Shown here: piece by piece, positions 38,670 through 51,615 of the stretch
Position numbering within the stretch: position 1 is the stretch's first letter
How the letters are laid out: every line of letters begins with the position of its first letter
DNA from: Geosiphon pyriformis uo1
Lineage: Eukaryota > Fungi > Glomeromycota
Length of the DNA stretch: 64,000 bases
Direction of reading: 5' to 3'
NCBI GenBank assembly: GCA_016748015.1
Contig: JAAOMT010000009.1
Span: 1,923,924-1,987,923 of the forward strand
Notes under the pieces: model-generated
What the model was told of the DNA's origin: nothing
Databases searched by the model: none
The model's input: only the letters and a program-made list of their open reading frames with translations
Position numbers and translations under genes: made by a program

Positions 38670-40385
38670 ACCTATTTGTCATTTATTACTGGACATTCAA
38701 ATATTCTCACAGGTGAACCGAGACTAGCAACTCCATCACTAATGGCTTTCTCCAAATCCCTAGAGTACCTAAACTCTACTCTATTTTGTGCATAACGGCT
38801 GACAGCATCTTGAAAATTTGCACAATCTTTTCCGAAACTCAATATATAAATTTTCCATCTTCCACCACGGAAATTGGTTTCACCGGGGGCACTATTTATT
38901 ACCTGTAAATGAGTGGGATCGGGATCACAACCACCCATGGCTGCGGTTACGATATAAATTCGGTTAAAAGTGCTATCAGGTGCACCAGTATTGGTGAGAT
39001 CAGTTGGTGTGGAGAGTGTTTTATATTTTACATTGTTAAACTAGGTGAAGTTAAAAATAAGCAATAGGGATTTAGCAGGTATTAAATATTTTATTTCTTT
39101 TAAAAAAAAATAAAATGAAAAACATACATACCCAAAATTCACCATCAAAAGGAACAGCCTCAACTTTAAATACCGAAACAAGAAAAATGCCAACCAATAA
39201 TGTGGCAAGAATAAAATTTCTTTTTAAACTCATCATGATGTTTAATTATTATTATTATTAATGTGATTTTTTCAAAGTTTTTATTAGAGAGAGGATTGAA
39301 AATTTATACGACAATTTTTAGCTGTGAGAGGAACAGAGTATCATTACAGGCTCACCTATTTATACCTAAAATTCTTTTACTAATCGTTAATTTAAGTTGT
39401 ATTGATATATTTCAAAAAAAAAAAAATTCTTTCCATATTGCATTCAATATCAACAAATTCACAAAGAATTAATAGTTAAAAGATTTGTGATAGTCATTAT
39501 TATATTAGAATGGGCGTTAGAAGGAATATTTTTGTCTTTTCGAACCTTTGATTTTTTCAATTTACAAAAAAGTCCACACCCGTTATTGAAATAAAGTTTT
39601 TTCCTTTTGAGGGGAAGCAAAGTCAATTAATAATTTGTTGATTATTTTTCATGCCATTCAATAACTTTTACCTACATAACTTTAGTTACACAGTTTCGGG
39701 CTGTTCTGTTTACATGTATTATGGGGCGGGGGGAAGTAATTAAAAATGATATTCTTGAATTATGCATGAATTAAAATAGATTAACTTTTGAAATTGTTCG
39801 ATTACAAGAAAATATATATTTTTATTTAAAATTTATCTTAACCTGAATATATTCAATTAATTTTGAGTTGAGATTAAAATTTGAAAGTTAATCCTTTTGC
39901 TTTTATTTCGTCTTTATAAGTTGTATTTTGAAACTAAATTAATAAAAATTGCTTTTTGTTTATTCAAGATCTTTAATAGGTTTTATTTTGTTGCAAAAGG
40001 TATTTCTAACCTAAGAGTCTTTCCAGTAGATGAAACAGAAACTAAGATTAGCTCTCAATAATGCTTGGTTTCCTTGCTAAATGAAGAACTCTAATTCGGT
40101 GAGCAGCGATAAAGGAAAACTGTACTACTTTTACCCTGCATATCTTGAAACTCATCTTTTGGAAAAACGTTGAAATTTGAATTAAAGAGGCAGAGGGAGC
40201 CTCCCATTGTAGAATAATCATAATTCCCTTTTTATGATATTTATTGTATATTGTGATATACCTATATTGGGGTTTTGCATAATTTCCAAAGGTACTCGCA
40301 TTATTGATTCAATTGTTGCAGATTTGGAATTTTATGCCAAAACATCCAAATTTGAATTAATCAAATGCTCGTCGTTTTAACCTTC
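38670..40385 (-). repeat. Right arm of the inverted segmental duplication
   Basis: Reverse-complement similarity to 30130-31860 across coding, intron and upstream DNA. Confidence 0.88.
38672..39236 (-). CDS. Small secreted protein, copy B (paralog of 31277-31859)
   Basis: MMSLKRNFILATLLVGIFLVSVFKVEAVPFDGEFW/FNNVKYKTLSTPTDLTNTGAPDSTFNRIY..CDPDPTHLQVINSAPGETNFRGGRWKI..FECPVINDK*. Confidence 0.9.
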
Positions 40386-40759
40386 TTTTTGAGGAGGATC
40401 AGTTAAGGCCTAATTATCTTCGAATTGTCTTGGAGTATCTTTTACGATAAGGTATCATAGATTAAAATCAATACCAGTTTGTCATTTACCTATTCGATTA
40501 TTGAAAAAAAAGGATAGAGACCCATGATTTCAAAACTGAAAAGACTTTTATGAAAAATATCTTGTAAATGTCAAAGCAAAATGTATAATGAATAGGAAAA
40601 GTGTAAAACTTTTGATTTACCACCTATAACAAATCATTCTCTAAAATTTCTTTTCCTAAAAATAGATGCGATATAAGATATATCCAGACTGACTATTGAG
40701 ACTTTTATTAACATAATCAAAGGTTAAGAATTTAATAGAACATGAAAAAGCCGCTGCGT

Positions 40760-42510
40760 ACAAGATTTTTTAAAGTAAAACACTTTCTTATGTTTATTTG
40801 TAAGAAATTATTTTTACTTAAATCTGAGAAAAATATTTTATTCAACAAAACCTTATTTTTGATCAAATATTCTATTGATACTGCAAATTTCAATATAAAT
40901 TTTGATTTTTGTTCTTTTTAGATTATATTATTGAATTAACTTATTTTAATTGAATTTACTTTGTATTAAGAGTTTGAATTATAACTAAAAATAATAATTG
41001 AAAACTTTTAAAAGTTAAGTAATATTTGACAAATTTTTTTCAATTTTAAGAAAGTTTCAATAAATACTTTAAAGTTTAATTTTAATTTTATGTATTCAAT
41101 ATGTATAATTTTGAATGATTTAAAAGGCTTTGTTATTTGATTAATAGAAAGACTCAATAATAAGATTAATAATTTAGTATATAATTTAATCTTTGATAAC
41201 TTTGTAGTTTCATAGAAAACATATAATTAATGTACTATTAATATATTCTTTTTTACTCTTTGCTCTGATTATGGTCATAAAATTTAGAAGAGAAAACCAG
41301 TTTTTTTTTTGTTAATAAAACTGTAAATTATATTAATTTTTTATGTAATAATAATGATAATGAATTTTTATGTAATTAATAAATTAGGTTTTTTTATTAT
41401 TATAAAAATAAAACTTTTTCAAAATAAAAAAATAATTTAAAAAACTTTGATAAAATAATAAAAAATATTATATTTGTTTTCACAAAAACGGTTTAAGTGT
41501 ATTTAAAAAATTAATTATTATAATAAAAATTTTTTATTTTTTCTAAAGCACTTAATTAAATGATTAAAAAAAATATTATATATTAGATAAAAATATTATT
41601 AAGTCAATTTTTTTAAAATTTAAGCTAATAAAATTATATAAAAACATATTATATTATTAAAAATTTTTATTGTAAACATTTTATTTATAAGAATTAAATA
41701 ATCTAATTTTTAATATATAAAACAGTATTATTAGTTAAAAATTTTCTATTAAATACAATTTTTTCTTAAAATGTCAGTTTTAATAACAATATTATACAAA
41801 TTAACTTGAAAACCAAAACTAATAATAATATATTTTAATTATTGAAATAAAATTAAAAAATAAAACAAGTATAATTCTATACTTTAGAAACAGCTTATTG
41901 ATTTTAAAAATAGTACAATCAGATAAATAATTTATTAACTTGGCTTTAAAAATGTTTTTTGAAATTAAAACATTTTTTTGATTAAAAAAAAAAAGAATTT
42001 AATACTGTTTTTTTTTAAACCAAACAGCAAGCCAAAAAAGTATTTGAAAACACATATAACTTAAAATATACAATATTATATTACTATTAACAACAGATAT
42101 TAACTTAATATCAAAGATCTTATTAAAAATAATTAAAGTATTTCTAATATTATGCAAAACAATAACAGAAAAAATAAGACTAAAACTTAAATTTACGGAA
42201 GACTTTACAATTTTAAAAGTAATAAAAAAACTCAATAATCTTAACATTCACAATAGTATTCAAAATAACTTGAAAAGTATTAAAATAGAGATTATTCATC
42301 TAAAAAATTTTTAATGGCTTGTAATAGTTGTCTAAATATTATTAAAACTAATATTTTCTTTAAAAATAAGAAAAATAATATAACAGATTGTTTAAGATTA
42401 GTTATTTGTTAAAATATAGTTTGTTTTGCTTTTAAAACCAAAAATAATTAACTGAAAATATTTGCTTTAAATAATACAATTTAATGCTAATTAAATTTAA
42501 ACTTGACAAA

Positions 42511-42541
<31 letters not shown>

Positions 42542-43160
42542 AGAAAATAAACAACTGATTTTTATTTACGGTCATAATTAAACTAAATATTATAATTAAC
42601 AAAAATAAAACAGTATCAATAAAAGTGCCAACAACACCAAAAAAAATCAAGACTTTATTTTCTATAAAAAAAAATTGGCTTTATAACAACAAAAGTGATT
42701 TGAAAAATATTAAAAAAACTGCATTTTCAAAAATTATAAAAAAGTGAATAGTTTTAATATTGTTTTAGCTTTTTTGGTCATTTGCACAAATAAAAAAAAG
42801 TTATAATAGAAAACAGTTTTAATATTGGCTTACTATTAAATATTCTAAAATTCTTATTAGTAATAACAATAATTATACTAAAATTGTTTTTAATAGGTTG
42901 TTTAAAAAGTACTTTAAATAAAAAAAACTTTTACTTAAAGCCAAAAAAAGTGTTTTGGTCTAACAGAAAGCTGGTTTGTGTTTTTTATTAAAAAAAACAC
43001 TTTTTTAAAGCATTATTTGTGTATTTTTACTATTAAAAAACTGCTTAATTAATAATATTCTCAGATATTTTAGAAAAAAATATAAGATATTTTAAGCTTA
43101 TTTTTTGTTTTAGTTATAAACATAAAACTTTATTTTTGAGACACAGTAAATTTATGATAG
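40760..43160. repeat. AT-rich decayed transposon block, related to the block at 62150-63730
   Basis: 42421-42500 aligns with 62963-63040 (ttgttttgctttta aaac..aataattaactgaaa). Confidence 0.6.
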
Positions 43161-43162
43161 TA

Positions 43163-44575
43163 CAGAGGGTGTCCAAAAGTTTCCGAACAAACTTTGGAGT
43201 AACATTCCACATGCTTGAATAATTAGAAAAGCACGAGTTTATTACTAAATTAAGTTAGTTAATTATTTAATTACGCGTTTTTTATTTTTTAAACACGTGT
43301 ATAATGTTTTTTCGCGACGCGCATAATCGATTTTATTCATACTCGTTTTTTTATAAAAATGAAATGTAACGCGCATATAAAATTTTTTCGTCGTTTTTAT
43401 TAAAACGAAATGGGAGCAAAAAAAGAATTAACGATTGCTCAACGTAATACTATATGCTTATTACAACAGCATGGCAAGAAATATCGTGATATTGTCAACA
43501 TAGTCAATTGCAGCTTGACAACAGTTTCGAATACAATAAAACGATTTAAAGAAACTGGTTCAATTGATTCAAGACCTCGTTCAGAACGTCCACGTTTATT
43601 TCCTCACCAAAAATATCGCCGACTTAAACGTTTAGTAACACTTAATGGAAAAAATCGTCGTTTATGTATTGCAAATATACGAACTCTTTGGAAACGAAAA
43701 ACAAAGCAAACTATTTCTCTTAGAACTCTTCGGCGTGCTCTTAAATCGGTTGGATTACGAAATCGTTATGCAAGAAGGAAACCTTTAATCTCACCAGCAA
43801 ATATAGCAGCACGTCTTGCTTGGTTTATTAAACATCAAAATTGGACAAATCAAAAATGGGCAAGAGTATTATGGAGTGAAGAATCAACTTTCTCTCAATT
43901 TCAACACAATCGGTCTAGTAAAGTATGGCGTGAACCATCTGAAGAATGGCAATTGTCTTGTGTATCAGCAACAGTCAAACATAGTCCAAGTCGAATGTAT
44001 TGGGCTTGTTTTTCACGACAAAACATTGGACCAATTGTACCATTATATCAAACGGTAAATGGTACTAGACATGTTGAAATTCTTAACCATTATGCCTTAC
44101 CAACTTTACAACGCATGTTTCCTAAAAACAATGGATAGTTTCAAGAAGATAATGCTATCCCTCATCGATCAAAAACTGCCAAAGAATTTCATAGCAAAAA
44201 CAAGTTACGTATTCTTTCTTGGCCTCCTCAAAGTCCAGATCTCAATCCAATTGAAAATTTATGGGCTATAGTAAAATGTAATATTCGTAAAAAAGAAAAA
44301 CCGCCAACTACTCTTAAAAAACTTGATAAGTATGTTAAAGAAGCTTGGAAAGCAATTCCTAAATCAACGATTATAAAATTAGTTGATAGTATGCCTCGAC
44401 GTATTCAAGCAGTAATTATAGCACAAGGAGGACCAACAAAGTATTAAAAGCTTAATAGAAAATTTAGAAAATTACTATAAAATTATAAATATGTTGTTTA
44501 TTTTGTTTTATTTTATAAAAAAATAAATATTATTGTTAAATAAAATCTTGTTCGGAAACTTTTGGACAACCTCTG
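43163..44575 (+). mobile_element. Full-length Tc1/mariner (DD34E) DNA transposon with 28-bp TIRs and TA target duplication
   Basis: TA|CAGAGGGTGTCCAAAAGTTTCCGAACAA (43163-43190) and TTGTTCGGAAACTTTTGGACAACCTCTG|TA (44548-44575), one mismatch. Confidence 0.97.
43410..44447 (+). pseudogene. Tc1 transposase inactivated by an in-frame TAG (44136-44138) and D-to-E at the first catalytic Asp
   Basis: HTH, WARVLWSEEST, then *FQEDNAIPH..WPPQSPDLNPIENLW (34 residues between D and E)..SMPRRIQAVIIAQGGPTKY*. Confidence 0.92.
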
Positions 44576-45728
44576 TAGATTAAAAAATGAAATTAAAAGA
44601 AGCATAATTGGGCAAATTAGAGAAACAAAAAATTATGATCAGTTTAATAAAAATTTCAAAATTGTGGACCATCATAAAAACAGATGAATTTGAATTGATA
44701 TAGGAAAGGGAAAAGAAAGTATTGTTTAAAGCATTTAACCTTTGAAAAAAAAAACATAATCAATAATTTTGAATGATTTCTGGAAAAGTATATATGAAAT
44801 GAATCATTTGTAGACAATGAGTTGCATGATATTGTTTTTGTTTTAGGTTTTTTGAATCAGTTAATTATGCTCATATTCTTAGAATTATTTAAAGGAGTCC
44901 TCAACTATGAGATTAGGATAAGAACTAAACTTTTAAATCCAATAAATAAACGGTGAAGTTGATTCAACATTAGTTTTGCACTTGAAAGGAGTTGATATCG
45001 GAAAAAACCATTAATATTCATTCCAGTCCACCTTGGTGAGAATTTTATAGATTAAATATTTTCTTAATTTTAAGAATGAAAGTGTATAAATTTATTTAAA
45101 TAATAATAAAAAAGGTTCCAGTCCAACAAAATTCCTTGAACATATAAAAAAAAGAAGATAGTACAGATTATAATGGAAAAAACAATTATCCTTCCTAAAA
45201 CAAGTTTTTTTATGAATCTTGGAAACTGGTTTAAACAGCACAATATTCTTTATTATTTTCTACGCTTTTAGAAAATTTTGCCGTTTTAAATGTTAATCTT
45301 TGTCAGTTTAAGAATTAAAATGAAACCGTTTGTGTTGCTATTGCAATTGGCGTTTTTTTTTTTTTTTTACAAAGAGATTTGGCTTCTCATTTAGGACGAA
45401 TTTGAATGAAATCTGGTCGATCTATTAAAAAATGTCGGATTCCCTATTTTAGATTAAAAATGGCGAACAAAGTAAATAGGATAAATTAATTATTTTAGTT
45501 TAGGTTTCCGGTCAAAGAAGTAATCATAAGTTTAGCAAAAATTTTTAGTCAAGACTCTTTTTTGAGTTTCGGCTGATACGGAAATAGAAATAGGAATTCC
45601 ACTTTGAAAAAATATTAAAAAAAAAAGAAAGACTCCTTTTAAAAGCTCAGAACAAAAAAACATTGATCAAATTCATTAAATCTTATATCATCGAAACTCT
45701 CCAATAACTGATAAAGTTTATCCACATT

Positions 45729-46601
45729 ATGAAAAACCTTGAAAATGAAAGATATCGTCCAGACGCTCATGATTGTAACGATTGTTCTTTGTGTCAAACT
45801 AGCATCAAGAATAAAACAGTGAATAATTGTGCAGCTTGCCAATTCCTTTTTCTAGAAGAATTTCATAAAAACTTTTCAAGTGGGAACGAAGCAGTGGATG
45901 AAATAGTAAAAAATCCAATTTATCTATCAGCTAATAATAAAGATGAAGGAGTGAATTATTATGAATGGATTCCATGGGGACGTTTAGAAAATATTTCCAA
46001 GATTGCTCAGGGAGGATTTGGTTATATTCATAAAGCAACATGGGTGGATGGAATGATTAATTTTACCACTGTTTCGCATAATGGTGAAGTGGGATTCGAA
46101 AGAAAAGGACGAAGAGATGTTGCGATCAAATTTATAAAAACATCAAATCAGAATAATGAAGATCTTTTTAAAGAGGTATTTTTTTTTCATTAGTCAAACG
46201 TTTTTCATCTTCAAGTTAAAATCAATGTTTTTATTGCTTATTTTTCATTATTTTTTTTTCGATCAAGTTGTATATTCAAAGGCTTCTATTAGCAAATAAT
46301 ACCGATAATGTGTCCCATATCATCCAAATAATAGGGATCACGCAAAACCCTGCAACACTCGATTATGGATTAGTGTTAGAATTTGCTGAGCATGGAGATA
46401 TGCGAAATTATTTTTCATTAAATTTTTATTCAGATCTTTGGGATTATAAATTGAAGATAGCGTGGGCTATAGCTTCTGGACTTTTTAGGATCCATGAAGT
46501 TGGAATGGTTCATCGTGATCTACACTCGGGTAATATCCTAATATCTGATAAAGGATTGGTGAAGATTATTGACTTTAGATTATGTCAAACTATAAACAAA
46601 G

Positions 46602-46648
<47 letters not shown>

Positions 46649-47346
46649 GAAGAGAAAGGAATATTTGGAGTGATTCCATACATTCCACCAGAAGTCTTTA
46701 AGGGTGAAAAGTTCACCACCGCTGGTGATATTTACAGTTTAGGAATGGTATTATGGGAATTAGCAACAGGAAAGCCTCCCTTTCATGATCGTTCTTATGA
46801 CAATTTACTTATAGTGGAAATTTTAAATGGTGCAAGACCTAAAATTACCTCACCCCTCGTTCCACCTTGTTACGCTGAACTCATTGAAAAGTGTTGGGAC
46901 GTGAATCCATTGAATCGTCCTACTGCCAAAGAAGTTTCGGATAAATTGAATGAACTTGGCAAATTTATAGATGACGCATTTACAGATGAAAGTCCTGAAA
47001 GGTTACAGTTTAAGGAATCAGAAAAATACATAAATGAAATGGCGGAACGTGACGATATAACAATTATTCATCCGGGAGCAGTTTATACCAGTCGTGTTTT
47101 AACATTGCAAATTATTGATTTTTCTACAGGTTTGTTTCATTTAATTTAATTTAATTTAATTTAAATAAAGGTAATAATTAAATTAATTGATAAAAATTTA
47201 TTTATTTTATTTAATGATATTTTTAAAGCAGAAATTATATTTCTCCCTGCAGGTAAATAAATCAAGAAAATTATTTAACAAATAATTTTGATAAATTTTT
47301 TAACGTTTACTTTATTAACTTTTACATATATTTAGACGATTCTTAA
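45729..47346 (+). CDS. Tyrosine-kinase-like protein kinase (Glomeromycotina-expanded type) with DFR in place of DFG
   Basis: FSSGNEAVD, EWIPWGRLENISKIAQGGFG, VAIK, HRDLHSGNIL, IIDFRLC, GVIPYIPPEV, DIYSLG, HPGAVYTSR. The two tiny 3' exons are tentative. Confidence 0.88.
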
Positions 47347-48017
47347 TTAGTAATCTCAATTTTTTTAATTGATACATATAGATGTATTTTGATAAAGGGA
47401 TATACTTTAAGAACTTAAATACTTTATTTAAAAATATCTCTTATCTCTTAAATTATTAAATAAATATTTTCACAAAATGAAATTTTTTCAAGATTATTTA
47501 TATTTAAGTATCACAATTTAGTAAAAACAATGTATTGAAAAACCTGTGCAAAGTAATCAAAAAATAGAGTCTTTGTTAAAATTATAAAAATATATATAAT
47601 TCAAATTTTTGAAACCTTACTAGTCAACTCTTAAATTCAGTAGTTACAGAAGCAAAAAAATATTTAAAATAAAAATAAGAAAAAATGAAAGAAAGAAAAA
47701 AAAAATCTACATTTGTTTATTTCAGTACACCTTAAACATTGTCCAACAATTTAATGATTGCAACAATGAAATAATAATAATAATAATAATAATAAGAATA
47801 ATAATAATAATAATAATAAAGGGAAAAAATTATTAAAAATTATTTATTTAAATGCTGACATCAATAATTATATTTGAAATTAATTAAATTTTACTAAATA
47901 AAATAACTTTGAAAAATTCTTAAGAATGCTTGAATTTTGAAAAATATATTCTCATTTCTTCCCCTGAAAACCTTTCAGATATTGTTAAGAGAACGGTATA
48001 AATAAAGGGTTATTAGA

Positions 48018-51000
48018 ATGAGTGACCAATTTTATTCCGCTTTCTATACAAATGATGAATCTCTTACGAATCAAAGCTTATCGAGCCATCACGAATATAA
48101 GAAATATAAATTAAAACAAGAATCCATTATTTTTCCTTCCCTAAATCTTAGCAGCAGTCAAAAAAATTCGTCTGAAACCACTTTAGAAAAACGACATCAA
48201 CCCACTATAGAAATCTTTTCTTCTTTACACATACAATTCATCCAATTTAAATCCAAATACTTTATCCTTTTCTATTTATTGTTAACAATTACTTTTATCG
48301 CGGTTTTTTTTCGAGGAAAGACAAACGTAACCCCTTCTAAAAAATTTTCCGGTGAAATTAAAATTTCAAAGAGATATAATAAATTAGAGGTAATTCTCAA
48401 AAAATTTTTATTTCTTCAAATTAAATTTTAAAGTTTGTTTTTATTTATTTAATATAGGGAGTTTGCAAAACTGCCGAATGTATCCGCATTGCTAATTTAA
48501 TTCTTGCAGATCTAGATCTTAACGCAAATCCATGTCAAGACTTTCATCAATATACCTGTAAGTCAATATTGCTCATTTTCAATATTGGTTTTGTCTCAAA
48601 TACCCTTTTACAAAATTTAAAATCAGGTGGAAAATTTAATACTAATCACCCAATTCCGGAAGATGAAGCAAAGGTCGATTTTTATAGAATTCTTTTTAAG
48701 GACAATAAAGTGAGTAGTGCTTTTATCTTATTTTCGATGGATTGAAAATAAGCAACTATAGATTATGATATTTTATTATACAGAAAATTTTGCAACGAAT
48801 TCTAGAAAATGGCACTATTTCAACTAAAATTCAAGACAGGCTAAACCTACAAAAAATTCAGTCCTTATATCAATCATGCGTAAACGAAACTCGAATTCAA
48901 GAACTAGGAGTAACCCCATTATCCCCTTTGTTGTCTCAAATTCTTCTTCTATTCCCTCTAGACCAAAAAAAAAATAACTTAAAATCTCAAAACTCTGAGA
49001 CAGCTGCAAACATAAAAAGTTGTCGTTTAAAAAACACCTTAGCCTATCTTAACAATATCGGAATCGATAGTCTTTTTATGTTCTCAGTAAGCCCAGGTAC
49101 TCGTGAGCCCGAAACCTATGTATTGCATATATCCCAACCTTCGCTCACCCTACCCTCTAAAGAATATTATGAGGATAAAGAATTTATAATGATGCTTAAA
49201 AATTCAATTGCGGAACTATTTGGAAAGGTTCTTGGTGAAGTTGATGGGTTTTGTGATGCTAAGAATAATCGGCGTATTGCTCAAGAAGTTGTTGATTTCG
49301 AAAAATCATTAGCAAAGATTTTACTTCCACCGTAAGCTTTTTGGTGTTTGACCTTCGATTTCTATTAGTAGCTCTTCATTAAAAGTCTATTATTATTTGA
49401 AAAATTTAGCGAAGCACTTCTAGACCCCGAGGCGTTATATAATCCCTACAATATATCATCTCTGCAACAATTAAGTCCTGCTATCCTCTGGTCCGAATTA
49501 ATAAAAAGTCAATTGAGACTTAACACTACACTACCTAAAAGAATCATTCTAGAGTCAAAAGAGTATTTCGCAAACCTATCCATCCTCATTCAACAAACTT
49601 CCACCTCAACTCTACGAAATTATTTTCTATGGCAAACTATTTTTAAATATGTTGAATTTTTAAGTGAGGATTTCAAGGCACTAGGGAGAAAGATTTTGGC
49701 CAAAATTAGTGGGATTAATGAAACCGTGATCCCACAACGTTGGGAAATTTGCGTGGAAACTGTGGATTCTATTTTAGGGTTTATGATCGGCAGATTTTAT
49801 GTATTGGAAGCCTTTCCAGGTTAAAGATTATTTCGACCAAATGTTTTTAAAAGTATGAAAATTATTTTTTTTAGTTTACTTTTTGCTTTTCAGGTGAAAG
49901 TAAGAAAATGTCGGATAAATTGGTAAATAGAATACGAGAAGCTTTTTTCAGAAGATTATCATTACTTGATTGGCTAGATAAAGAGACTCGAGAAAAGGGA
50001 ATTTTAAAGGTAATTCTTTAATTACAAGAAACCTCTATTTTTTTTTACCTAATTACAAAGCCTTTTAATTAAGATTTCTTCCTATTTAATTCTCTCTAGC
50101 TAAACAAAATGATTCAAAAAATTGGCTATCCAACATCCTCGCCCAACACCTTAGACCCAATCAGCGTCGCTAATTATTACAATGATTTAAAAATTGAGCC
50201 GAAATCATTTTTCCAAAATAATTTTCGATCAATTCAATGGTTTCAAAACCGCACCTGGACAAAAATTGGCAAACCAATTGATCGTGGTGAATGGATTTTT
50301 ACTCCACCTACAGTGAATGCATATTATGTAAATATAAAACCAATAGAAAATTTTTCATAATTCCTGACCATCTCTCCATCTTTTAGGAGGACACTCTTAA
50401 CGAAATTGCGTTCCCAGCGGGTGTGTTTTTTAATCTTTGTCCAACTAGTCATATTTTATGTCTTCTGAAAAAGAAACTCTATTTATCTTGTCTAGGAATT
50501 CTGAAACCACCATTCTTTAGCCAGAAACAACCAGATTATCTTAATTTTGGTGGTATCGGGGCTGTCATCGGTCATGAAATTACGGTTAGTATTTTTTTTG
50601 TAGAGAGATTGTTATTTTGAAATATTTTAATCCTTGAAATTTTTTTCGACTCTTATATTTTGCCATAAGCATGGTTTCGATGCCATTGGTCGTAAATATG
50701 ATGAAAAAGGTCGAATTATTCAGGTAACAGGGAATGTAAAAGCAAAGTTTATGTTTAAATAAATCAAAATTTTATTTCTTTAATATTTATATTGTCGTTT
50801 TCAGTGGTGGACCAATAAAACTCTTGCTGCCTTCAACCAAAGAACTGAATGTTTTGTTAGACAGTATAACAATTTCACCATTAAAGGTTCCAAAAATGAA
50901 ACAATTCATGTAAATGGAAAATTGACATTGAACGAAAACTTGGCTGATAACGGAGGGTAAATTTAAATATAAAAAGTTTAAATAACCATGATTGTCTCAA

Positions 51001-51411
51001 TTTCATTTAACTCTTTTTTTTTTTCACATAAACAGACTTCAGCTCGCATACGATGCTTGGCTGGCTCAAATCAATGGATCAAGTGCTAATAAAACCTTGG
51101 ATAGAAATTATTTACTTCCAGGGCTTGAAAATCTATCACGTGAACAACTGTTTTATATAAACTATGGACACTCAAGTTGCGACAATGTTCGACCTGCGGA
51201 GGCTCTAAGACTGGTAATTGTTTTATAAAAATTTAGATGTTTAACAAAGCTTTCTAAAAAATCTTTCACCTATTAGATTCGTATCGATGTTCATTCTCCC
51301 AACAAATGGAGGTTTATCGGTCCATTGCAGAACGATAAACGTTTTGCAAAGGCATTTAATTGTAAATTGGGGACACCAATGAACCCGGCTAAAAAGTGTC
51401 AATTGTGGTAG
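48018..51411 (+). CDS. M13 family zinc metallopeptidase (neprilysin/endothelin-converting enzyme-like), type II membrane, multi-exon
   Basis: N-terminal [43 protein letters not shown] (HExxH split by an intron), [22 protein letters not shown]. Confidence 0.95.
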
Positions 51412-51615
51412 TTGTTCCTATTTATTTTTAAATACTAACAAGTAATCTTAAAAAGGAAATAAATATCATACAATAAATGGTAAGATTACAGTTAGGATCT
51501 CCATGTACTAACCGTTTCTGTTTGCATGTACCCATGATCTAGTATAAAAAAATCCAAACAATTCAAAATAAAAATTTTTAAAGCTCAGTTTTCACCTCGA
51601 AATTTGACAGAAATA

